A stretch of 64,000 nt of DNA from an uncultured bacterium. GTDB taxonomy: Bacteria; Oederibacteriota; Oederibacteriia; Oederibacteriales; Oederibacteriaceae. The notes beneath the pieces were generated by a model. That model was not told the DNA's origin. It saw only the letters and a list, made by a program, of their open reading frames with translations, and ran no database searches. The translations under genes were made by a program, and so were the position numbers. Within the stretch, counting starts at the first letter, position 1; every line of letters starts with the position of its first letter. Below, one piece after another: positions 19,905 through 29,203 of this stretch. The stretch spans positions 960,001-1,024,000 of the forward strand of contig OZ218778.1 in assembly GCA_965112635.1 (NCBI GenBank). Direction: 5' to 3'.

Positions 19905-20282
19905 ATGGATGAATCCAAGGTTGAAAAACAGACGGATTCAGAAAAAGTTGGGAAGTTAAAGAATATTTATTACCAATCGACAGGTACTGAAACCTGGACA
20001 AAACATTGGGCTGGATTTGGAACATATACCGATGGTGTAAGGGCGATTGCTGAGACCGCCGAAGCGTTCTGGCTACTCGATGCTATTTTCAGCTATCGCA
20101 GGAAAGAACAGTTTCAGTTATGGGTACTGAATGTCGTTGATGGAAAAGCCATTCTGACTATGCAAGAAGATTCGGACTTGGAACCAGTGGTAACTCAGGA
20201 AATCAATTTTACGGATTTTCCAACAGGGAGGTGGGAGTTTTATCTAGAGAATGAGGTGCTTTGTTTACCGGACGAAAGGTAG
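19905..20282 (+). CDS. DUF6876-like protein
   Basis: YTDGV..IAE...AFWLLDAI...QEI.FTDFP...LP.E; start moved to the ATG after GGAGGTG. Confidence 0.7.
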   Translation: MDESKVEKQTDSEKVGKLKNIYYQSTGTETWTKHWAGFGTYTDGVRAIAETAEAFWLLDAIFSYRRKEQFQLWVLNVVDGKAILTMQEDSDLEPVVTQEINFTDFPTGRWEFYLENEVLCLPDER

Positions 20283-20343
20283 TTAAAGAGGTAAGAAAGA
20301 TTTTAAATGGTCGGCGGACTTTAACCGCAGGGAGGATTTAAAA

Positions 20344-21156
20344 ATGTTAACAGTAGAACAGGTTTTGGATAAGGTCAGTTTTCCGGTAGGGACTGAAAGA
20401 TTGGTAACAGTAGATGGCGGGATAGTCAGAAAGACTCTTGCAGTGGTTCGAAAGGACATTAATGAGGTGGTAGGTATCGTAAGCGAGCGGTACAAGCTAA
20501 TTCCTCACGCCTTAGTTCTTGAAAAACCTTTACAGGAAATGGAAAGAAAGGGTTTTCAGTTTAAACGGGTATTGATTAAAGGCAATGGTGAGGTAGTTAT
20601 CGTTGAGGCTATGGGCACTCAAGCCTTCCACGTTAATGGAGATGAGATATTTCAGCGGGTTTTAATCGCTAACAGCTACGACTGCACAAGGGCATTACAG
20701 TTCTATGATGGAGCGTTCAGGATTGCCTGTTCAAACGGCCTGGTCGTTCCTTACCAGATGTTCCGCAACTTTAATCTAGCTCTTAGGAGAAAACACATAG
20801 GTGATATCCAAAATGATCTGGATACTATTCTCAACAGGGTAGGTGAATTTGGAAAGATATTCAGCCAGGTAATAGATTTTTATCAGAATCTTAGTGATAG
20901 GAAGGTTGATTTTGATACAGCTAAAAAACTGGTAAAGGAAGTTTATGCATCAAATAAAACAGTAACTTCTATCCTTAACTTATGGAAAGCAGGGGACGGA
21001 CATCAAGGTAAAAACTCGGCCTGGGAGCTTTATAACGGTCTGGTTCAGTTCCAGAGGGATAAGGAGAGAGGCGGTAAGGAAGACGGTTTAGCAACTAAGG
21101 TATTAAGGCATACGGATATTCAGATGAGGTTCTTAGAGCACCTAGCAAAAAACTAG
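20344..21156 (+). CDS. DUF932-like protein
   Basis: VGIVSERYK, NSYD, R..CSNGL, AWELYNG. Confidence 0.8.
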   Translation: MLTVEQVLDKVSFPVGTERLVTVDGGIVRKTLAVVRKDINEVVGIVSERYKLIPHALVLEKPLQEMERKGFQFKRVLIKGNGEVVIVEAMGTQAFHVNGDEIFQRVLIANSYDCTRALQFYDGAFRIACSNGLVVPYQMFRNFNLALRRKHIGDIQNDLDTILNRVGEFGKIFSQVIDFYQNLSDRKVDFDTAKKLVKEVYASNKTVTSILNLWKAGDGHQGKNSAWELYNGLVQFQRDKERGGKEDGLATKVLRHTDIQMRFLEHLAKN

Positions 21157-21168
21157 GAGGTTTTAGAA

Positions 21169-21345
21169 ATGAACGCCTTAGACGGTAAGACCGTAAACGA
21201 TATTCAGAAGGTTATTGATTATCTTTGGCAAGATGAAGAACGGCACTACCAAGAAGAGCCGTGTAAGGGTCATATCTTTTTAGTTATGAAAAGGTTAGCT
21301 AAGAAAATAACAGCAAGAAAAAAGGCTGTGAATAAAAAGAAGTAG
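21169..21345 (+). CDS. 58-aa hypothetical (absent from ORF track)
   Basis: MNALDGKTVNDIQKVIDYLWQDEERHY...; AGGAGG RBS; fills the operon gap. Confidence 0.65.
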   Translation: MNALDGKTVNDIQKVIDYLWQDEERHYQEEPCKGHIFLVMKRLAKKITARKKAVNKKK

Positions 21346-21358
21346 AGGGGTTTGGAAT

Positions 21359-21826
21359 ATGAAACTACAGGTAACTAGGCAACTGTTTAATACTTGGATC
21401 AAGAAGCTGGGAGCTTTGGGTTGCGTTGAGTGTAAGAGGGACTTTGAAGTAAGGAGAAGGTTCTATAAGCCCTTTATACTTTCTATTGAATGCCCTTACT
21501 GCCAGAACTGCTTAATTGAGGTTGAGGACTTATGCAAAGCGGAAGATATGAATATCGGTGAAAGGGAGCTGTTTGAATTTGAGAAGGAGGTTATTAAGAA
21601 AAGGTTTAAGAAATTTACTATCCATCCTAGAGTGATCAGGTTTACAGGAATCAATAAGCTTAGCAGTCTCGCTTACGATCAAGTATTGTTTTTGGATATA
21701 AACCTTCGCATGAAATATAACCGTAAAGAAATTAAGAGAGTTATTTACTATGGGCTTCTAGATTACTTAGAATGGGAACAGCGTAAGGCAATATTTAAAA
21801 ATTATTGGCAAAGGAAGGCTTGCTAG
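21359..21826 (+). CDS. Hypothetical with CxxC...CxxC zinc ribbon
   Basis: CVEC and CPYC pairs. Confidence 0.6.
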   Translation: MKLQVTRQLFNTWIKKLGALGCVECKRDFEVRRRFYKPFILSIECPYCQNCLIEVEDLCKAEDMNIGERELFEFEKEVIKKRFKKFTIHPRVIRFTGINKLSSLAYDQVLFLDINLRMKYNRKEIKRVIYYGLLDYLEWEQRKAIFKNYWQRKAC

Positions 21827-21931
21827 CAATATGAAATTTCAAAGGGAACCATATCAAATTTAACAGTACCAAGCAGTTCTATTGATAAGGGTTTATAATC
21901 AGGTGATTATTACCTGTAAGGAGGTTTATTA

Positions 21932-22375
21932 ATGCATAGTTTAAACAAGGTTGATCTAAAAAATAATAAAAGCCAGATTATTACCACATTACTTAAGGGC
22001 TGGCTGGACCCTATGGGAAAGTTCCACAATATGGGTAAAGATGCCCATGTGAGCTGGATGCAGAAACATATGGGCATAAAGAATGTGCTTCCTCATCAAA
22101 CTGAAGTCTGGGATAAAATTATGAGAAAGGCTTATGGGGATAGCTGGGTACGTATTGGAGATTCCGGGGAAATATCTATGTATTATTCCGATCTATCTAT
22201 TTCAAATACCGATAAATATATTAAGAAAAACTTTCCAAAGAATATGTTTGTCATAGTTAATTTAGAAGATAAGCATGTTTACTGTAACCTCAAGATGGAA
22301 GATGTTTTAGCTAGTGGATTAAGGATGGCTTTGGATTTTAGCATGAGATCGAGGGAGAAGGAATTTAAGAGCTAA
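21932..22375 (+). CDS. Hypothetical protein
   Basis: AAGGAGG RBS, 147 aa. Confidence 0.6.
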   Translation: MHSLNKVDLKNNKSQIITTLLKGWLDPMGKFHNMGKDAHVSWMQKHMGIKNVLPHQTEVWDKIMRKAYGDSWVRIGDSGEISMYYSDLSISNTDKYIKKNFPKNMFVIVNLEDKHVYCNLKMEDVLASGLRMALDFSMRSREKEFKS

Positions 22376-22531
22376 GAACACCTGCCAGTTAACCTACCTG
22401 TTGTAAAAAACCAACTAAAAGTAACCTCTGACCGAATATTCTACGCAATTACAAAAGAATATTTTCACGCTGATGTTTTCAGTTTACCTATGGGCAGTAT
22501 AATTTAAAAAACATTCAAGGAGTAATGATAA

Positions 22532-22747
22532 ATGGAATTTAATAATAACCCTTACATAGCAGATCAGATCACCGCTCATCTATTTATTGTTAAAGAAGAA
22601 TTACAAATATTACTAGATGCGGAACCTTTAAATGAAAGTTACCGGGTAGGTATTTTAAGGGTAAGCCAAGCTATAACGGCTTTGGGTTTAGATCGAAAAG
22701 CTAAACTGTTAGCTGAAGAAATTATTAGGCATAGGCTTGCTTCTTAA
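22532..22747 (+). CDS. Small hypothetical
   Basis: AAGGAG RBS, upstream TATAAT. Confidence 0.55.
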   Translation: MEFNNNPYIADQITAHLFIVKEELQILLDAEPLNESYRVGILRVSQAITALGLDRKAKLLAEEIIRHRLAS

Positions 22748-22891
22748 GGAAACAAGCTCACAAACGACATCATTGAAAAAACATCGATTGTTGAAAGAAC
22801 CGACACTATTGAAACTTAAAAATTAATAAAGCGTTGGATTTATTGAAATGTTGAAGTATCGATAATTACGATAGGACTGGGAAGAGTAACG

Positions 22892-23158
22892 ATGAAAACT
22901 CATAATTTCATGGTAACGAAAACTGATTTAGCAACCTACCTAACAAACATAGCAAGCAGTTTGGAGATTAACGGTATGGCACTCAGGGGAATGAATGTCG
23001 AAACTTCTGATGTAGGTTCTATTGAAGGCATTGCTACTTCACTGGAAAAGACCGCTGATTTAATTAAGGGTATAAATGCTCAGCTTTGTACTTCGTGCAG
23101 AATGATAGGGGTGGAAAGCAAGGTAAGTTTGAAAAGGGTAAAAACAAATAAAGAGTAA
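22892..23158 (+). CDS. Small hypothetical
   Basis: 88-aa ORF converging on the XRE gene. Confidence 0.5.
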   Translation: MKTHNFMVTKTDLATYLTNIASSLEINGMALRGMNVETSDVGSIEGIATSLEKTADLIKGINAQLCTSCRMIGVESKVSLKRVKTNKE

Positions 23159-23159
23159 G

Positions 23160-23396
23160 TTATATCTTTTTGATTTTTATCAGCCCTTTTATAAGCTTAC
23201 TTGGATCAGCTTTGAACATCTCTGCAACCTTAAAAAGGGTTGAAAGTGAGTGTGCCCTACCAGCTTCAAGCTGCTGATAGTGTCTTACTGAGAAGCTATA
23301 ATTAAGTACATTCGTTTGTACCATCTTTCTTTTTAAACGTAACGCTCGATACCTAGTTCCTAGTTCACGAAATTCTTTAAGGTATTCATCTTTCAT
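23160..23396 (-). CDS. XRE-family HTH regulator, divergent from the glycosylase-like array
   Basis: LG.R.RALR...SVRHYQQLEAG...SLSTLFKVA. Confidence 0.8.
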   Translation of the reverse strand: MKDEYLKEFRELGTRYRALRLKRKMVQTNVLNYSFSVRHYQQLEAGRAHSLSTLFKVAEMFKADPSKLIKGLIKIKKI

Positions 23397-23547
23397 GGCT
23401 TTATCCCTTTCCTGTGTTTACCTAAGAGATAACGCCTTACGAGCAAAAAAACCACGAGCAGAAAGGCGCAAAAAGTATTGCGGTGGTTATTTATGGGTGA
23501 TAAGCTCAATTATTAGCACGTGCGAAATGACGCAAGGGGAGGGTAAT

Positions 23548-24264
23548 ATGGGCAAAGTGTTTATAGAGGGTTTCTATTCAGATTTCAGTACCAAGATAAA
23601 AGATTTCAAGAAGAACGAAGATCGGGCATTTGTGTTTGATCTTTGTAGGGAATTCATCTTAACAGCCAAGAAAAGTGGTAATGAATGGTATAAAAATGAA
23701 AAGGTTTACCAAGCGGTTATCTTAATAATCTATTGCTGGAACTTTGCAGCCCAGAAAACTAAGAATACAAAGAAGGGTGCAAATATATTAATTAATAAAT
23801 TATCTGTTCGTAATGCGTTAAAGAGAAACAATAAACTGTTTTCTTCGCTGGAAGGTAAGCGGTTACACGACAGTTTGACAGAAGAAGATTATAAAAATAT
23901 AACGACTATATATTCTGACTTTAAAGATATATTCGACCAAACCGGCGCATCAAAAGTCCTTAGTGTTTTTAATCCCAACATATTTGTTATGTGGGATACC
24001 GGTATTAGAAGGTATTTAAAGAAAATGTATTTTAAGGATGAGAAAGGTTCGGCTGTAAAGGTTTTTAGGGATTTTACTAATAATAAGGCAAAAATTAATT
24101 CTGATGGCATTAAAAACGGTGAAAATGTTAGGAACTATTTAAATTTCATTAAGGGATTAAAGATAGTAATTGATAAATGCCACTTAAAACAATTTGATGA
24201 GAAAAATTACCCTCTTGCAAAAAAATTAGATGAATTCCATTACGCAAAAATAATTGGGGGATAG
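23548..24264 (+). CDS. HhH-GPD/DNA-glycosylase-like hypothetical #1
   Basis: TGASKVLSVFNPNIFVMWDTGI...YLNF...LAKKLDEFHY; start moved to the ATG after GGGGAGGG. Confidence 0.55.
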   Translation: MGKVFIEGFYSDFSTKIKDFKKNEDRAFVFDLCREFILTAKKSGNEWYKNEKVYQAVILIIYCWNFAAQKTKNTKKGANILINKLSVRNALKRNNKLFSSLEGKRLHDSLTEEDYKNITTIYSDFKDIFDQTGASKVLSVFNPNIFVMWDTGIRRYLKKMYFKDEKGSAVKVFRDFTNNKAKINSDGIKNGENVRNYLNFIKGLKIVIDKCHLKQFDEKNYPLAKKLDEFHYAKIIGG

Positions 24265-24266
24265 CT

Positions 24267-25109
24267 ATGGTAGGCAGAGGGAATACGGATATGGAACTGG
24301 TGTCTAAATCATATTGTGTTGACGTTGAAATCCTTGAGAAGGATATAGCTAAGGAACTTAAAAAGTGGGAAAAAATATATAAATACTATAAAGATGCTGA
24401 TGATGTTCTTTATTCTATTGGGAAAGAAGATTTTAAAACTACAGAACATTTAGTTTCAAAGTTATGGATCATTGGTAGAAGTTACGCAACACAACTGGAC
24501 AGGCATTTCGACAAAAAGAAAGTCATTAATAATAAGCCAAAGATATTGTGGTTTGCTAAGGCAATCGGAAAGCAGGATCAGAGGGAATTATTAAACTACT
24601 TAAATAAAATTAAGAATGTTAAGAGCGTAAAACTTACCAGCAAAGTGGTAGGCGATAAAATAAAGGTCACAATTAACGATAATGAATTTAAAAAGTTGGA
24701 GTTGATATTTAAGTGTTTGGTTCTGTTTGTTGATTTGCTGGGTAAAACGGGATGGATTAGAGTAAAAAGAAACTCTTCATATTTATCATTGGTTTCCTTC
24801 TCTTCAAAAATATTACATTTTTATAATCCCTTAATTCCAATATTTGACAGTTTAGCTTCTAAAAACATCGGGAAAGCCATTAAATTAACAAAACATAAAG
24901 GTATGTCTAAAGGGTATTTGAAAATGCTGGATGATAAATTTAAAATTAGAGTTATTCAAGGAAGAAAATATATCCCTATAGGGAAAAGGTTGTTCTGGAT
25001 TGACAAGAAAAAGAAAGACTATGAAGGGTATGTTTTTAAGGTTTTTGTTCTATGTAGTGTTTTAAGAAAAAAGCCAAGACTGGTCGATTTTTATCTATAT
25101 TCAAAATAA
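24267..25109 (+). CDS. HhH-GPD/DNA-glycosylase-like hypothetical #2
   Basis: KLWIIGRSYAT...SFSSKILHFYNPLIPIFDS...RLVDFYLY. Confidence 0.55.
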   Translation: MVGRGNTDMELVSKSYCVDVEILEKDIAKELKKWEKIYKYYKDADDVLYSIGKEDFKTTEHLVSKLWIIGRSYATQLDRHFDKKKVINNKPKILWFAKAIGKQDQRELLNYLNKIKNVKSVKLTSKVVGDKIKVTINDNEFKKLELIFKCLVLFVDLLGKTGWIRVKRNSSYLSLVSFSSKILHFYNPLIPIFDSLASKNIGKAIKLTKHKGMSKGYLKMLDDKFKIRVIQGRKYIPIGKRLFWIDKKKKDYEGYVFKVFVLCSVLRKKPRLVDFYLYSK

Positions 25110-25125
25110 TGAGAAGGAAGATTAG

Positions 25126-25848
25126 ATGTCTAAAGGGATAACAGACAAACTAAACAAGAGTGTGGGGCTGGAACTAAATTGGGGTAGGTTAAAAGCGGCA
25201 CAAAAGGATTACCAGGAGAAATTTGCTTTATTAGATAAGAAACTTTATGAATTATGCGAGTTTAATGCCGAGTACAACCGAATTGATGGTATTGTTGCGC
25301 GATTATGGATCATTGCAAGATCTTACATGACGGGTTTGGAACGTCAGATAGATACTGGTAACAGGAGTGAGGATAATGGGAGGGCGTTGAGAGTATTTCT
25401 ACATTACTATATGAAACGCAGGTTGGATTTTAATAAAATATTGAATAAGGTTAGAAGTATTAAAAAGTTAACAAGGACATCTTTATCTGATATTTGTGAA
25501 TTTCAAAGTAATTTATTCCATTTGCTTTCACCAGTACTAAGAGAGAAAAAGTTAGGTGGTAGTAGGTCGCCTCGCTCATTCATTTCCAAATATTTCCATT
25601 TTCATAATCCTTGTATACCTATAATAGATACTGTAAGCCAAAAAAACCTAAACAAAATAGTTACTAGAAATAGATCATTTTTTAATAAGAAGTTATCAGG
25701 TTTGAGAAAAGCAATTCCACTTCAAAATATAGACAAGACTTATTACCTTCATTCTCTTAAATTATTGTTGTTTGAAGCTATAAAAGAAAAGAAAGAATTT
25801 AAGGATATAACAGTAAAGGAGTTGGATTATTTTCTCTTAACGCATTGA
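25126..25848 (+). CDS. HhH-GPD/DNA-glycosylase-like hypothetical #3 (homolog of #2)
   Basis: RLWIIARSYMT...SFISKYFHFHNPCIPIIDT...KELDYFL. Confidence 0.55.
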   Translation: MSKGITDKLNKSVGLELNWGRLKAAQKDYQEKFALLDKKLYELCEFNAEYNRIDGIVARLWIIARSYMTGLERQIDTGNRSEDNGRALRVFLHYYMKRRLDFNKILNKVRSIKKLTRTSLSDICEFQSNLFHLLSPVLREKKLGGSRSPRSFISKYFHFHNPCIPIIDTVSQKNLNKIVTRNRSFFNKKLSGLRKAIPLQNIDKTYYLHSLKLLLFEAIKEKKEFKDITVKELDYFLLTH

Positions 25849-26064
25849 TTTAAGTTGTCTGGCAATTCTCGCAATTATCCTATTTATTTGTTCATTCCCG
25901 ATTCCTTCACCAAGTAACCTCTCTAATAGCCTCACTTAGGAAAAACCTAAAAACAACGGGAAAGGCACGTGCAGATTAGCGTATTAAGCTGTGGTAATGG
26001 TAATGGTGAGTGATTATAATAAATGCAGAGGACGAGCAGATAAGCGTAAGGGGAGGTGATAAGC

Positions 26065-26223
26065 ATGGAAGTCAGCTTTACTTGGGTTTGCCAAAAATGC
26101 AGGCAGCAAATAACGATAGCTAATACTAATACTCCTCCTAATCAGCAATCAGGAGGGAATTGCCCAAAAGATACATCCGGAAAACATTCTTGGTCATTCG
26201 TAAGAAAGGATGAAAGGAAATAA
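26065..26223 (+). CDS. 52-aa zinc-ribbon microprotein (absent from ORF track)
   Basis: MEVSFTWVCQKC...GNCPKDTSGKHSW...; GGGAGGTG RBS. Confidence 0.7.
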   Translation: MEVSFTWVCQKCRQQITIANTNTPPNQQSGGNCPKDTSGKHSWSFVRKDERK

Positions 26224-26244
26224 AACAATAAAAGGGAGAATAAA

Positions 26245-27090
26245 GTGGACCTATATGAAATGATTAATACAAGGAATCTGGATGAAATGATTAAAGAGGC
26301 TGAAATTAAGTTTAATAATAATGATTTTGAGTCCTCATTTAGGTTATCAGCTTTATTTCTTGTTTTTGCCGAAACACCAGGGCCGGTTGTATCCGATAAA
26401 GATAGAGTAATGGCCATATCTTACGAGACACTCAGCCTAACTAAAATTACCCCTATTGATTTAAAAGAAACAGAGAAATTACTTAATAGACTCTTCAAAG
26501 ATGAGAGAAAAGATGAAGGAGGAGAATTAATTAGAAAGTTATTAACAAGCAAAATATATTTAAGACAGGCCCAAAAATGTTCTTCTTACATTTTTGTAAT
26601 GAAAGGGGAATTAGAACCTTTAGATGAACCTGATCCTTATCTCGATTTTCTAAAAAATAAATCAGTGGAAGATGTTGCCAAATATCTTATAAAAATAGTA
26701 GATACCGGTTTAAAAGTTAAATCTGACTATCTAGCATTGCTGGAAGAAAGGTGTGTTGCTGCTCGGTTTTTAGAAGATAACGCTATTTTAGAAGAAACAA
26801 AGAAAAGGATTGCTGAAATTGATCCTAATAATGGGTGGCTTAAGGCTAAAAGCAGTTCTTCTTGTTTTATTGCTACAGCTGTTTATGAATCACCTTTTGC
26901 ACCTGAAGTGATGTGGCTACGGGAATGGAGAGATCAATTTTTATTAAAACATTTATTGGGAAGGGTAAGTGTCAGAGCTTATTATTTTATTAGCCCATAT
27001 TTTGCTAATTGGATATCAAAGTCTGAACTCAAAAAAAGGGTTATACGAAAACTATTAGATAGATTAATAAATTTGTTAAAGAGGAAGTAA
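26245..27090 (+). CDS. Helical/TPR-like protein with CFI-box-CTERM domain
   Basis: SSCFIATAVY.S..APEV..LR.WRD..L...LGR....YY..SP. Confidence 0.8.
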   Translation: MDLYEMINTRNLDEMIKEAEIKFNNNDFESSFRLSALFLVFAETPGPVVSDKDRVMAISYETLSLTKITPIDLKETEKLLNRLFKDERKDEGGELIRKLLTSKIYLRQAQKCSSYIFVMKGELEPLDEPDPYLDFLKNKSVEDVAKYLIKIVDTGLKVKSDYLALLEERCVAARFLEDNAILEETKKRIAEIDPNNGWLKAKSSSSCFIATAVYESPFAPEVMWLREWRDQFLLKHLLGRVSVRAYYFISPYFANWISKSELKKRVIRKLLDRLINLLKRK

Positions 27091-27093
27091 ATT

Positions 27094-27531
27094 ATGAAAG
27101 CTGTTGAAAACCTTTTTAAGTTATTTGGAGCTTTATTTGGGCTACTCAGAGCTTTATTTTTGGTCTTTGTTATTGCACTAGCCTTTCCTTTCATTTACTT
27201 GATAAATCAATTACCTTCTGAATGGATCGTGCTAAAAGGCGCACTTGTAGTTGGAGTTGTTATCGGTGTTATTTTTGGTTTAGTAGCTTTAACAGATCAT
27301 AAAATTAGAAGAAAAGCCCATGTAGTAAGTATTTTGGCTGCTGTTTTTACGGCAGTTATTTGTTATGTAGGTTATTACATGGGAGGGTATGGACTTGATC
27401 TTAGCCATTCTAAATCCACGGAGATATTTGGTGCTTTTCTGTTTATTTTCACTATTTTAGGAAGTTTACTAACCTGGGTTGCAAGCTTATTTTATGTTTA
27501 CCATTATGTTGAATATGAAAGATTGAGATAG
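27094..27531 (+). CDS. 4-TM membrane protein
   Basis: Four hydrophobic segments. Confidence 0.7.
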   Translation: MKAVENLFKLFGALFGLLRALFLVFVIALAFPFIYLINQLPSEWIVLKGALVVGVVIGVIFGLVALTDHKIRRKAHVVSILAAVFTAVICYVGYYMGGYGLDLSHSKSTEIFGAFLFIFTILGSLLTWVASLFYVYHYVEYERLR

Positions 27532-27690
27532 CTTATGAAAGAATACTAATGAAATGCAAATACTGTAATGGTGAAGACTTTGTTTTGGTTGGAAGGGATA
27601 CTGTTGAGGATTTTCAATCAAAAACTAAAGCTGTTTTTGAGGATCTGCAATGTGTTAAGTGCGGTGCAATAAACTTTGATAAGAGGAAGA

Positions 27691-29125
27691 GATTATGTCA
27701 AGTTTTCGGGTGTAAGTTGTTAAGTCCACGGGTAGTAGGTTAAGCAACATTTAGCAAGCCTTCCTGAACCAGATCACCTCCTTGAGATTTCCAGAGTTTT
27801 CTTTTAGACCAATTATCTTCCTGAGTGGTAGAAACAGACCAGACGATCTTAGCGACCTCCAATTCGGAGTGCATGGTGCCGGCAGCACGGGTGCGCCGTT
27901 TGATCTCGGCGATAAAGCGTTCGATGAGATTGCTGGAGCGGAGAGTGCGCCAGACATGCTGGGGTTCGTTCATGAAGGTGGTGAGGTTGTCGAACCTATC
28001 GAGAGCCATAGCCGTAGCTCTAGGATAGAGTTTCATCCAGCGAGCTTGGAGGCGGCCAAAGGCCTGGAGAGCCAGTTTGCGGGAATCGGCCCAATAGATA
28101 GCTTTGAAATCGTTAAGGAAGGCACCCCAGTCACGGCGAGGCATAATGGCTCTGAGGTTTCGGATCTTGTGGACCAGGCAGAGCTGGTGAGGGACAGCCA
28201 GGAGGTTTTTGACGGCCTGCTCAATGGCCTTGTGTTCATCGGAGATGACGAGCCTGAGGGTGTTGCGGTTAAGGCCTCTTTTGAGGAGGTCATTGATAAA
28301 AGCCTGCCAGGAGTCCAAGGACTCTCTATCGCCGAGAAGGAAACCCAGGACATGGCGATTGCCAAAGGAATCCATGCCTAGGGCGAGCAATAGAGCTTGT
28401 TTGGAGGTAAAACCAGGTCTTCTGACAGGCAGGTAGGCGGCGTCCAGGAGCAGGTAGGTGATGTTGGGAGGAATGGGACGATTCATCCACTGACGGATGG
28501 CTGGCTCCAAGGCGTTGGTGAGAGTGGAGACGGTGGAGTGAGAGAGCTTTGTGCCCAAAGCGGCATTTATCTCAGCGGCGGTAGAGCGAGTGGCAGCGCC
28601 TTTGAGCCAGAAGCGGATGGCGAGGAAGGAAGCCAGGCCTTTTCCAGCTTGTTTGAGGGCGGTAAGCAAGGGCGAGTGAAGGGACCCCTGGCGTAGAGCT
28701 GGTTTGTGCAGAAAAAGTCTGCCAAAAAAGCCGGGGACAGAGGTGGATTTAAAACCGTTTCTTTTAGGGCTGTTTTCAAGGCGTTCATAAGGCTGACGGC
28801 CCAAAAACTCGTCCCTTTCAGCCTCCAGTTGAATATCTAAAGCCTGGGCAATGATGGCATTGACCTCCTGGCCAATTACTTCCAGAGCGACACCGGGCTG
28901 AGCGATCTTCCTGACTTTTTCTCTGATTTTCTGGTTCGTATAAATCTCAATTCTTTGGGATAATGACTTCACGGGTGTAGACCTCCTTTTAGTTTGGGTT
29001 TGGTGACCTAGACAATCACCTAGTCTACGCCCGTGGACTTATTTTTGGGGCCGCAAGGTTAGATTGCTGCAATCTAACCTTGCCTTTCCCCTCGTTGAAG
29101 TTACACCCAGGAATGGTACACAACC
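27691..29125 (-). mobile_element. IS256-family element copy 1 (1435 bp)
   Basis: Imperfect TIRs GATTATGTCAAG..GGGTGTAAGTT / GGTTGTGTACC..GGGTGTAACTT; 8-bp TSD GAGGAAGA. Confidence 0.95.
27740..28972 (-). CDS. IS256 (Mutator-like) DDE transposase
   Basis: RNGF, YLLLDA, VISDEH, QLC.VHK.RN, RSSNLIER...EIKRRTR. Confidence 0.95.
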   Translation of the reverse strand: MKSLSQRIEIYTNQKIREKVRKIAQPGVALEVIGQEVNAIIAQALDIQLEAERDEFLGRQPYERLENSPKRNGFKSTSVPGFFGRLFLHKPALRQGSLHSPLLTALKQAGKGLASFLAIRFWLKGAATRSTAAEINAALGTKLSHSTVSTLTNALEPAIRQWMNRPIPPNITYLLLDAAYLPVRRPGFTSKQALLLALGMDSFGNRHVLGFLLGDRESLDSWQAFINDLLKRGLNRNTLRLVISDEHKAIEQAVKNLLAVPHQLCLVHKIRNLRAIMPRRDWGAFLNDFKAIYWADSRKLALQAFGRLQARWMKLYPRATAMALDRFDNLTTFMNEPQHVWRTLRSSNLIERFIAEIKRRTRAAGTMHSELEVAKIVWSVSTTQEDNWSKRKLWKSQGGDLVQEGLLNVA

Positions 29126-29203
29126 GAGGAAGAGTGATAATGAACGGGAGTCTCCTTTTTTGGGTAGATAAACATTAAATACTTATTAGAGAAAAAGGTA
29201 ATT

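Larger units (their letters stand above)
27549..29171 (+). pseudogene. Zinc-ribbon microprotein split by IS256 copy 1
   Basis: Removing the IS and one TSD gives 59 aa MKCKYC...CVKC...DKRKSDNERESPFLGR. Confidence 0.7.

Noticed and set aside
22765-22856. Five TTGAA(A) units, including ATTGAAAC, resembling CRISPR repeat ends
   Set aside because: Spacing is irregular and mostly too short, there is no full-length repeat and no cas operon; at most a protein-binding array.
27751-28788. Multiple overlapping ORFs inside the IS copies and antisense ORFs in GC-rich genes
   Set aside because: Shadow frames of real genes with no motifs; their repetition only reflects IS duplication.
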